Shown: one piece after another, positions 51,700-62,559 of the stretch
Layout of the letters: each line of letters opens with the position of its first letter
Numbering within the stretch: position 1 is the stretch's first letter
Source of the DNA: Chiloscyllium plagiosum
Taxonomy: Eukaryota
DNA: 64,000 bases
Assembly: GCF_004010195.1 (NCBI RefSeq)
Contig: NC_057758.1
Location: 2,046,029 to 2,110,028, forward strand
Direction: 5' to 3'
Made by a program: the position numbers and the translations under genes
Notes under the pieces: generated by a model
The model's database searches: none
What the model saw: only the letters and a program-made list of their open reading frames with translations
What the model was told of the DNA's origin: nothing

Positions 51700-53135
51700 T
51701 TGAGCATCGTTGACATCGTCAAGGTGTAGAAGCTAGAAAAAAAGACACTGAACGGCCTGAATGAAGGTGTTTAAACTGGGCCAGATGGATTACAAAGAGT
51801 TCTAAAGGAAATAGCTGAAGAGAAATCAGCATTGTTCGTGGTCCTCTCTCAGGAATCGCTGGAGTCAGACACAGCCTAAGAGTGCTAGAAAATCGCAAAT
51901 GTGCCCCCTCCCCCCTTTTAAAAAAGAGAACAATGCAAAAGACATAAGATTACGACACGATTAGCCTTATTCCGGTCGTAGATAAAACCCTGAAGTCCCT
52001 TGGGAAGATATAGATTCCTGAATATTTGAAGATGCACGGTAAAATAGGATAAAGTCAGCATACTTTCACCAAGGGGAAGTCATGCCAGACAAATATGACA
52101 TTGAGGAAGGAGTGCCGATGTTCGGCTCAGGGGAGACAATGGATATCAACTTTCTGTCCTACAGAATGTGCCACACAAGAAGCTTCTGAGTAAAATAATG
52201 GCCTATGACGTTACAGGCAAAGCATTTGCATGAATACATGTCTGGCAGAAATCAGAGGATGGGGATAAAATGATCTTTCTCTGAATGGCAACCAGTGACC
52301 AATAATATTCCACAAGGGTCAGTGTTGGGATCACAACTTTTCATTTGTCTATTAATTATCTAAACGAAGGATTTCAGGATATTCTGGCCACGTTTGTAGA
52401 TGATAGAATGATAGTTAATGGGGAAGGTAGCATAGAGGAGGCGGAGAGGCTGCAGATAGGCTTGGACGGGTTAGGAAGTTGGGCAAAGAAGTGGAAGATG
52501 CTATAGTATGTGGAAGTGTGAGGTCATGCAATTCGGTCGGACGAATAGAGGCATGGACTATTTTCTAAACGGTGAGATAATTCAGAAGTTTGAAGTGAAA
52601 AGAGACTAGGGAATTGTAGTTCTGGATGACTTGAGCATAAATTCAGGGCTCTAACGCTGAGGTTTTAGAAAGCTCTGCTCCTCTCACATTTACAGTACAT
52701 GTGCAGTATTGGGCAGGAAACCTCATGAAAGTTCTTCTGGCCCTGGACCGTGGTCAGTTAAAGTTCTCACGAATGGTCCCAGGAAACGAAAGCTTAACAT
52801 ATCAGGAACGTTTGAGAACTCTAAGGCTGTATTCGATGTTGTTTAACAGGATGAGGGAAAATCCAGTCGAAACTTACAGCATACTGAACAGTGTTGACAG
52901 TTTCGATTTTTCGATTAAGTGGAAGATGTTTCTATTGGTAGGAGAGATTAGAACCGGAGGCCACAACGTTCGGGTAAAGGGAGCACATTTTATAACAGAC
53001 ACAAGTAAAAACTTCTTCAGTCAGAAAGTGGTAAATCAATAGAATTCACTGTTATGGAATACTCTGGGACGCGGGTATTTAAATATACAGAGATAGATAG
53101 TTATTGATTGTCAATAGGACCAAGAGTTACGGGGA
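51700..53135 (+). mobile_element. Heavily decayed CR1 (RT to 3' end)
   Basis: ccacaagggtcagtgttggga (PQGSVLG), tttgtagatgat (FxDD) and YQERLRTLRLYS...GHNVRVKG. Confidence 0.75.
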
Positions 53136-53139
53136 GATT

Positions 53140-53405
53140 GCAGCACTAGGGTCCCAGGTTCAATTTCAGCCTCGGGAAACTGTCTGGAGTTTGCACATTC
53201 TCCCCGTTGTTACGTGGGTTCCCTCCGGGTTCTCCCGTTCCTCCCTGAGTCCAAAGATGTGCAGGCCAGGTGAATTGGCCATGCGAAATTACCCATAGTG
53301 TTAGGTGCATTAGTCAGAGAAAAATGTGTCTTGGGTGGGTTACTCGTCGGAGGGTCGGTCTGGACTTGTTACGCCGAAGGGCCTATTTCCACGCTGTAGA
53401 GATTT
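53140..53405 (+). mobile_element. 5'-truncated HE1 SINE
   Basis: B box ggttcaattt, V-domain ggagtttgcacattctccccg and tail gccgaagggcctatttccac. Confidence 0.8.
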
Positions 53406-53419
53406 TTGTGCAATCTATG

Positions 53420-54370
53420 TATATGGCCGCTCGGCCCTCTATTTTGCGCCGACCTGTGAACTATTCTCACCTCGTCCCCCTACATTATCCTTCAGCATCC
53501 ATGTGATTATCTAAGGATTGTTTCAATCTCCCAAATATGGCGGAGATGACTACATTAGCAGGTAGGGCATTCCACACCCTTACAACTCTCTGCATAAAGA
53601 ATCTGACTCTGTCATATGTCTTAAATCACCCATCAATTTGTAGTTATGCCCCCTCGTACAAGTTGACGAGATGATCCGAGGAAAAATACTTTCACTGTCT
53701 ACCCTATCTAATCCTATGATCATTTTGTATGTCTCTATCAAATCACATCTTAGCCTTCTTGTTTCCAATAAGAACAGACTCAAGTCTCTCAGTCTTTTCT
53801 CATAAGACCTTCCCTCCAGACCAGACAACATTTTGGTAAATCTCCTCTGCACCATGTCCAATGCTCCACATCATTCCCGAAATATGGCGACCAGAACTGT
53901 ACACAATATTCCAAGTGACACCACACTAATGTTTTGTATAGTTGCAGCATGATATTGCAGCTCCGGAACTCAAAGCCTCTACAAATGAAACCTATTGCAG
54001 CTCCGGAACTCAAAGCCTCTACAAATGAAACCGAACACACCATATGGCTTTTTAACAGCACTATCAACCTGGGTGGAAACTTTCAGGGATCTAGGTAATT
54101 GGAGTCTGCACATCCACAATACCAATAATCTTTCCATTGACCCAGTACTCTGCCTTCCTGTTATTCTTCCAAAGTGCTTCACCTCACATTTAGTGCATTG
54201 AACTCCATTTGCCATCTCTCATCCCAATTCTGCAGTTTATCCAAGACCCTCTGAAACCTGTAACAATCTTCCAATCTGTCCACTACTCCACTGACTTTAG
54301 TGTCGTCTGCAAATTTACTAATCCATCCACCTACGTCTGCGTCTAAGTCATTTATTAAAATGACAAACAT
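53420..54370 (-). mobile_element. CR1 3' part running into the gap
   Basis: [56 protein letters not shown]. Confidence 0.88.
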
Positions 54371-54870
54371 NNNNNNNNNNNNNNNNNNNNNNNNNNNNNN
54401 NNNNNNNNNNNNNNNNNNNNNNNNNNNNNNNNNNNNNNNNNNNNNNNNNNNNNNNNNNNNNNNNNNNNNNNNNNNNNNNNNNNNNNNNNNNNNNNNNNNN
54501 NNNNNNNNNNNNNNNNNNNNNNNNNNNNNNNNNNNNNNNNNNNNNNNNNNNNNNNNNNNNNNNNNNNNNNNNNNNNNNNNNNNNNNNNNNNNNNNNNNNN
54601 NNNNNNNNNNNNNNNNNNNNNNNNNNNNNNNNNNNNNNNNNNNNNNNNNNNNNNNNNNNNNNNNNNNNNNNNNNNNNNNNNNNNNNNNNNNNNNNNNNNN
54701 NNNNNNNNNNNNNNNNNNNNNNNNNNNNNNNNNNNNNNNNNNNNNNNNNNNNNNNNNNNNNNNNNNNNNNNNNNNNNNNNNNNNNNNNNNNNNNNNNNNN
54801 NNNNNNNNNNNNNNNNNNNNNNNNNNNNNNNNNNNNNNNNNNNNNNNNNNNNNNNNNNNNNNNNNNNNNN
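54371..54870. other. Assembly gap (500 N)
   Basis: Run of N. The round length suggests a placeholder size. Confidence 1.
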
Positions 54871-54963
54871 TATGCTGAACGTTGAGACTTCGCTGTCTAA
54901 TATTCTGTCAATTCTACGAACTCCTTGTTTAGTACTCATTGAAATTTGAGCAAATTATTTGCC

Positions 54964-54995
<32 letters not shown>
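54964..54995. repeat. (TAT)n microsatellite
   Basis: Directly visible. Confidence 0.9.
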
Positions 54996-54997
<2 letters not shown>

Positions 54998-55605
54998 AAA
55001 TCTGCTATGTTTAATGACACCCTCCACTATAACGATAGCCACTTCCTCCACTGGAAAAGTAAAAGTCTCAATTTCTGTCATGATGTAAGAGTATTTTCAG
55101 TTAACCAAAGGAAGTTAGACTGAATGACTATCTATGTCTGGATTAAAAAAAAAACTTTCTACCCATACCCCCAGAAGTTACCAAACGAGAAGGTAATAAA
55201 TATCTTGTTGAAACAATTTGTCGAATTCAAACAATACTAACACATCAAATCCCAACTACGGAATCGCAGAATATTATCTTCTGTATTTGTTATCATGAAA
55301 CCACGAACAATTAAGATTGACACTCGATTATTGATCAAAAGAATCAATTATCGATTGAATTGTATTAAGGATTGCTTTCTCTTAAATGATGCAAAACTAA
55401 AATGGCGTAATCAATATCAAGTCCATGTTAAAAAGACTTATACATGAAATATGCTGTATTAAGTGATTTGATATTCCAGATATATATCTGACTACAACTA
55501 AAGACACGATACTGCATCATTTCAAAGTCACATGGGATGAATTTTAATAAACAGATAATAAGGGAATCAATTTTTGAAATTAGCAGTGTCTGCTTTCATT
55601 AAAAA

Positions 55606-57075
55606 ACATAGAACGTAATAGCACAGTACAGAACCCTCAACCGCCGCCCTGTGAAAACAATCTGAAGCCAATCTAAACTATACCATTCATTTTTCTCCCA
55701 TATGTCTCTCTAATAACCATTGATATGCATTTCAATCGGGCGGGTCTACCACTGTTGCAGGCAATGCGTTCCATGCCCCTACTACACTCTGAGTAAAGGA
55801 ACTACCTTTGAAATCCGTCCTGTGTCTATCAACTCTCAATTTAAGGCCATGCCTCTTTGTGCCAACCACCACCAACCGAGGAAAAAGGCTCTCAGTTCCA
55901 CCCTATCTAACCGTCCGTTTGATTTCTAGTTTCAATTAAGTCAACTCTCAACCTTACTATTTTTAACGAAAACAGCCTCAGGTCCTTCAGCCTTTCCTCG
56001 TAAGACCATCCCACCGTTCTCGTCAACATCCTAGCAAATCTCCTCTGCAAACTTGGCCAGAACTTCCAAATCCTTCCTAGCATGCAGTGAGAACTGTACA
56101 CATACCTCAAGTGCGGACGCACTTTTACAGTTGGTTTTGCACTGTTGCAGCATGACTTCACCTTTCCAAAGCTCAGTCCCTCTACGAATAGAAGCAAATA
56201 TACCATTTGTCTTCTTAACAACCCTACCAACCTTTGTGATAAATTTCTGGGATCTATGTGTATGGACACCGAGATTTCTTTGCTCACCAACATGACCAAG
56301 AATCTTATAATTAGCCCAATACACTTTATTCCTGTTACTCCTTCTAAATGAATTACCTCACATTTTTCCGCACTAATCTTCGTTTACCACCTCTCAGTTC
56401 AGCTCTGCAGTTTATCTGTGTCCCTTTGTAACCTACAACACATTTGTCACTGTCCACAACTCTACCGACCATACTGTCTTCTGTAACTTTACTCACCCAT
56501 TCTTCTACGACCTTTTGCAGTTCCTTTATAAAAATCACAAACGGAAGTAACCTCAAAGCAGATCCTTGCGGTACACTAATAGTAACTGAACTCCAGGATG
56601 AACACGCCCCATCAACTTCCAGCAGCTGTCATTTTCAGCTGGTCAATCTCTGATCCAAACCGCTAAATCACCTTGAATCCCATTCCTCCGCATTTTCTGC
56701 AATAGTCTACCGTGGAGATACTTATCAAATGCCTTAAGGAAATACGTATACATCACATCAAACGCTTCACCGTCATCCACCGAGATGGATGAGGGTAAAG
56801 TATATGATTTGGTGCATATGGGTCTTAGTCACGTTCTCAAAGAAACCAATAAAGTTTGTGAGGCACGACATATCTTTCACAACATGTTTGCTATCCCGAA
56901 TCAACTTATTCCTTTATAGGCGATTATGAATCTCATCTCTGATAAGCTTTACAAACATTTTACCCACAAACGAAGTAAGGCTAACTGGACAATAGTTACC
57001 AGGATTTTCCCCACTCCGCTTTTTGAACAAGGGAACAATATTTGCAAAACTCCAGTCTTCTGGCAGAATTCCCTG
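55606..57075 (-). mobile_element. Decayed CR1 (RT to 3' end)
   Basis: YWANYKILGHVGEQRNLGVH.HRS; SYEERLKDLRLFSL; tail catagaacgtaatagcacagtacag. Confidence 0.85.
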
Positions 57076-57740
57076 AGACACTTGCAATCAAACTAAATAA
57101 CATTTATCTCTGTAGTAACATGATGGCTTTATAACTAATTATCTGGTCTCTACATTTGTTTGAAAGCAATCATCTATTGCAAACTCCTGACATTTTATGG
57201 CCAAAAAACGATCCTGGAAGACAATATTGAATCACCCTGTCCAAAAAATGCAGTTCACAGAGCCACGTTTCCACTCGTGACTTTCTGAAGCATGACTGAG
57301 AACATAGCTCATGATGACTTAATAAAATTCGCTTAGAGCTGAACTTCTAATTGAATGTTAGTATTTAATTACATTACATTTGCTTTCTTTATATGAAATA
57401 ATGCGGGGTTTGAGGAACAACATCATGACTGTTAGAATGACCGTTGCAAATATTTCAAAACCAGTCACAAAAAATGTGTGCAGTATTGATATCGAGATGG
57501 TTTCACAGAATTATTACTTATTAGCGTAAGCTCTGACGTTCGGGTCGAAAACGTTAATCACGTTTTGCTAGAAGTGTTCAATATTCATGAGGTGGTAACA
57601 GCTCACGACCATTGTAAAATTTCAGTGAATATCCTGAAATCTGACATTATAATGAACAGATTGGTTTTGATAAGGCACAAGGTGTTCTGTGGACATACTA
57701 AACTGTTGTGGTTCTGTTCGCCGAGCTGGAAATGTTTTTT

Positions 57741-57780
57741 GCAAACTTTTCGTCCCCTGTCTCGGTGACATCCTCAGTGC
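57741..57780 (-). ncRNA. Hammerhead motif, left arm (PLE family C)
   Basis: Minus strand reads gca-CTGAGGA-t-gtcacc(gagaca)ggggac-GAAA-ag-TT-tgc. Core is intact; the palindromic CG loop is changed to AG. Confidence 0.65.
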
Positions 57781-57874
57781 TTGGGAGCCTCCTGTGAAGC
57801 GCTTCTGTGGTGTTTCCTCCGGCATTTAAATGCCGGAGGAAACACCACAGAAGCGCTTCACAGGAGGCTCCCAA

Positions 57875-57914
57875 GCACTGAGGATGTCACCTAGACAGGG
57901 GACGAAGCGTTTGC
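57875..57914 (+). ncRNA. Hammerhead motif, right arm (PLE family C)
   Basis: gca-CTGAGGA-t-gtcacct(agac)aggggac-GAAg-cg-TT-tgc. Stem I gca/tgc; A15.1 is changed to G. Confidence 0.65.
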
Positions 57915-58369
57915 AACAAAACTTTCCAGCTCGGCGAACAGAACCACAACAACGAGCACCCGAGCTACAAATCTTCACCCAAACTTTGAACATACTAAAC
58001 TTTCCCAGGACAACCTCTCATGGTATTGGAGGGATGAAAGGTCTAGTGCCAGAAAACGACATTTTCCTTTCTTGGGCTGGGAAGATAGACGTCTCGCGCT
58101 GTGCCTTGTCCCTTATTCTTTGACTGTAATCACAAATGTATCTCAATTTTGTATGAAATATTACTTTTATGCTTGAAGACATGTCCTCACTTCCAAAATG
58201 TGGTTTGATCTTTTTGGATGAGATAAAGATTGTGATTATTTTAGAAGCCAAAGAGTACGGACATATCGTAAGACGAACGGCTGTGCATAACCAATTGCTG
58301 TAAAACTGTCATTTGTTTGCAATGTCGACGGTGTGGACTTCTGGGATGTAAACTGGCTGTGTATCTTGT

Positions 58370-58545
58370 CCTCCATGTTATAGTGCAACAGGTTTATTTC
58401 GAAGCAGTAACTTTCGAAACGCTGCTCAACACTTGATAAAGGAGCTTCAAAAGCTAGTGCTTCCAAATGTACCTGTTGGACGGTAACCTGGTGTTGTGGT
58501 TCGTAACTTTATCCACTCCATTCCAACATTTGCGCACCGAAATCA
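58370..58545. mobile_element. Head-to-head inverted pair of decayed family B pLTR ends
   Basis: caacaggtttatttcgaagcagtaacttt versus aaagctagtgcttccaaatgtacctgttg. Both are homologous to 31010-31060. Confidence 0.65.
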
Positions 58546-58559
58546 AATATTGCACTCAT

Positions 58560-59870
58560 TCACAGGAAGAGTACTAAACTATCTAATTTTCTGTATTTAT
58601 TGTGACATCAAGGACAGATGTTCTGAGCCATTTTGCTCATACTGGACTTTTTCAGGATATAATGATCGGATTGGATGGAAAGGAAAAGATAGATGTTGTA
58701 TACTTCGACTTCCAAAATGCGTTTGATAAGGTGCCAAGTAAAAGACTCCTGAATAACCTATGGATGTATCGAGTTGCAGGAAATTTACTAACATGAATAG
58801 AAGATTGGTTAACCAATATATAGCAGAGAATTCGGATAAATGCATGTTTCTCTAGTGGAGATCATTGATGACCAGGGTGGCACAGCGGTCAGTGTTGGGA
58901 CTGCAACTGTTCATGATATATTCAAATGATTTGGAAGAGGTAACCAATTGTAACCATTCAAGTTTGTAGCTGACACTAAATTGAGTGAAAAGGAAAACAG
59001 TGCAGACGATGTGGAGGGTCTATAGAGAAATTTAGACAGGTTACGTGAGTGGACAAGGCTCTGGCAGATGGGTACATTACAATAAAATGTGAGGTTATCC
59101 AATTTGGAAGTAATAATTGAAGGTTATTTCCATAATGAAAGATTGCAGCATGTTTTTGTGTTCAGGGACTTACAAGTGTTTGTACACGAATCACTAAAAG
59201 TTGATTTGCAGGTGTAACACATAACAATGCAAACGGAAACGGAGTTTTAGTTTGCATTGTTAGAAAGGTTGAATTTAAGATCGGGACACTCTGCTGCAAT
59301 TCAGTAAGGTTTTGGTGAGACTACACCTGGAGAATTGTGCGCAGTTCTGGTCTCCTCACTTGACGAATGATATATTAGCTTTTGAGGCAGTGCATAGAAG
59401 GTTCACCTGGTTGTTTCTGGAGATGAGGGGTTAACCCTGATAAGATAGTTTGATCCACCTTCGGCTGTACTCATTAGAATTTAGATGAATGTGAGGCGCT
59501 CTTACAGAAACATTAAGATTATTAAAGAGATAGATAAGATAGAGGTGGACAAGTTGTTAAACGCTGGTGGGTGCGACTAGAATTAGGTGACAGGACCTCA
59601 AAGTTTAGAGGTGTATATTTAAAACAGAGAATAGGATGAACTGATTTTCTGTGAGCTGAGCGAATCTACGGAATGTCTGCTCAAGGAAGTAGCAGAGGCA
59701 TCTTCATTACATATATTCAATACACAGTTGAATAGATGTTTGCATAATAGGTGAATTAAGGGTTTGGGGTATTGCAGTAGGAGGAGTTGAATGAATGTAT
59801 AGATCAGCCGTGATATTAATGAATGGAGGAACAGGCTGCACGGGCCAAATGGATTATTACTGCTTCTATT
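58560..59870 (+). mobile_element. Decayed CR1 (RT to 3' end)
   Basis: IDVVYFDFQNAFDKVP (ORF 58602) and gcagttctggtctcctcac (QFWSP). Confidence 0.8.
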
Positions 59871-60439
59871 GTTACGAAATCTCTTGCTGTACGATTGGTT
59901 GCTTGTGTTGTCCCTGAGATTATCATGAGGGGCATACATATGGATTGTTAAGTGTTTCAGCGGCTTCTTAATGGTATATGGAGTGACTCAGTGTTGAGAC
60001 AAAACTAAGCCTTCCGTCGTCGGACAATTTTCTTATTCCATATATCAATAAAATAAATTTCTCTTGAATCGGCTGCAGTGCATTTTGATTCTTTCACGGA
60101 AGTATACATTTAGGTCTGACAAGCAAAATATTTGAGAAGTTTGTGAAATACTTTTAATCGATCTCTTTCACGAGTGCACCGGCCAGTGGGATACTATCAG
60201 TCATATTTATGCATAAATGGATAATTGTCGAAGGAAGTTCGGTATTGAAGAGATAATAATAATTGCCGATGAATTCTGAGGAAAGATCATTGGACCCGAA
60301 ATGTGAGCACTAATTTCTTTTTCCATGTGTGACCAGACATTTTGAGCTTTTGGAGTAACTTCTGCTTTTATTTTGGTCGATGAGAAATCTTTTTTTTTCA
60401 AATAATCATTTAACAGCAGTATAGGTCACAAACCTACAA

Positions 60440-60980
60440 ATCAGAAGGAGCAATAGTTGTTTTTTCAATCATCAGAGTCTGCTACACCGTTTAATAATAT
60501 CGCACATGGTCTGATGGTAAAGTCAAATCAACATTCCTGACCAAGTTTAAAAAGAAAAATAAAGTCACCGCCTCAGTAAAAAAGAATCCATGCATCAGTG
60601 CATTGAAACACTGTTTCAGCAATCTTTTCCAGGAAAATATTCAGGAAGTTTACATCCTTCTGAGAAATAAAACAAAACAAAATATTACGAAATCTATTGT
60701 CAATGGGTAACCAACGATGGTTAACAATGACCTCTGTTTCGAGATTCTCCCTATCAGGGATAAGGTATTTCAGAATTAATTATTATTTTAATCAAGTTAC
60801 TACTTGATCTCCAGCAGATGCAATAAATAGAGGTAATCTTGCTACAAAAGACTATACTGTTTCTATTCCACGGTATTATTCTCCTGAACATTCCTGCACA
60901 AAGCCTGCCCTTCTTAACCAACTTCCTTATTTTGCACATCAACTGAATAAACCTATCTTGAAACATAATTTCGATTCTTC
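60440..60980 (-). mobile_element. Very decayed CR1 3' fragment
   Basis: Weak nucleotide similarity to 28120-28700. Confidence 0.45.
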
Positions 60981-61039
60981 CACATTTAGATCTGACCAGT
61001 AAAATAAATAGTGGTATGTGAAATGCTTTCAAGCCACCT

Positions 61040-62320
61040 CAGGAACGAGAGCATGATTCAGTTCAATGCATTGAGTCACACTGAAGCAGAAATAGCAATT
61101 GTCGAAGGAAAGTGGATTATTGAGTCATACCTCAGAAATTTGTTGGGGTTCTTTGATAAAGTGCCCAGGAAGGTAGACGAAGGCAGGGCATTAGGCATTG
61201 TCCATATGGATTGTAGTAAGGTCTTTCATAAACTTTCACGTGGTATTCTGGACTGGAACGTTAGGTCGCATGGAATCCATGGCGAGCCGCAAATTGGATA
61301 CACAATCAGAAGCAGAAGGCAACAGTCGAAAAATGCTTGTCAGATTGCAGGCCTGAGCCGAGTCGAGGGACGTAGAGTTCGGTGCTGGTTCCTTTGCTGT
61401 TTGTTATCTACATCAGTGATTTAGATGAGAACATTCAAGGCATTAGCAGTAAGTTTGCAGACGACAACAAAATAGGTGGTTTCGTGGATAGTTAGGAAGG
61501 TTATCAGAAATTGCAGCAGGATCGTGAAATGTCAGGAAAGTGAGCCGAGAAATGACAGTTGGATTTTAATGTAAATAAGCGTGAGGTCTTGTTTTCTGGA
61601 AAGCCTAATCAAGACAGTAGTCTCATAGTTTATGACAGGACCTTATGGAGTATAGTCGAACAGAGTCATCTTGGACCACGCCAGCCTTCATCAGTCAGGA
61701 CATTGAGTATGGTAGTTGTTGGGAAGTTATGCTGCAGTTGTATAGGATGTTGGTGAGGTTACACTTGTGTTCAGGTTTGTCCACTGGACGTTACTAAACT
61801 GGAAGGACGTTACTAGAAGGACGTTACTAAACTGGAAAGGTTGCAGCAGGAATTTGCAAAGATGTTGCCAGGACTCAAGGGTCTCACTGGATGGGAGCGT
61901 TTGGACTACCTCAAACGTTTTTTTTCTTTGGAGCGTAGGAGACTTAGGGGGTAACGTACTGAAATGGAAAAGCTATGAGAGGCAGGGATAGGGTTAATGC
62001 ACTCAGTTTTGGAGAATCGAGGACTATAGAGCATCACTTGAAGTTTGGAGAGGCAAGAATCAAACAGCACTTGAAGAGAAAAGTTTTTTCACAGAGGTTG
62101 TTATGCATATGGAATGAGCTGCCTGCGGAAGTTTTTGAGGTGGACACATTAACAGGATTTAAATAACATTTGGACAAATACATGGATAGGAAAGCAGTCA
62201 AGGATGTGGGATAAGTGCAGAAAAATTGAGTTAGAGTTGACAGACATTTTGGTCGGCGTAAAGCAGTTTGAGCCAAAGCGTCTGTCTCCGTGCTGTCAGT
62301 CTGTATTACTTTATAACTCT
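61040..62320 (+). mobile_element. Decayed CR1 (RT to 3' end)
   Basis: LRNLLGFFDKV..KVDEGRA..IVHMD.SKVF; agtaagtttgcagacgac (SKFADD); FSQRLL.IWNELP. Confidence 0.8.
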
Positions 62321-62559
62321 TTGAGGCTCATATACATCTACCCTGAACTTTGAGGACTTGGGAACCACATAATCTGAGCCTGTTCACAGTCAGATGAATG
62401 AAACGGTCAGATTCTTTTAACTTACCGAATTAATGCTTCTGACTGCATGGGGATATTTGGCTGCCCCTTGAAGAGAAGGCAGAGATCCCAACACGGCAAC
62501 TCATCACCTTTTGGATAAAATGCTTTTTTTTCATCCTTCGTGCGAAAGTGTAAATTTCA

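Larger units (their letters stand above)
57705..57989. mobile_element. Palindromic Penelope-like pLTR insertion (family C) with 12-bp TSD
   Basis: Spacer-less inverted repeat centred at 57827/57828 with ~123-bp arms. Flanked by acatactaaact at 57693-57704 and 57990-58001. Hammerhead motif in each arm. Confidence 0.88.

Noticed and set aside
54300..54939. 192-aa and 194-aa ORFs
   Set aside because: Artefacts of translating through the 500-N gap.
57622..58123. Two ORFs starting MPEETPQKRFTGGSQALRMSPRQG as duplicated genes
   Set aside because: They are the two arms of the DNA palindrome read outward from its centre.
61786..61837. CRISPR-like repeat array
   Set aside because: Eukaryotic context, only three 11-bp units with 3-8-nt spacers, and located inside a CR1. 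It is a slippage duplication.
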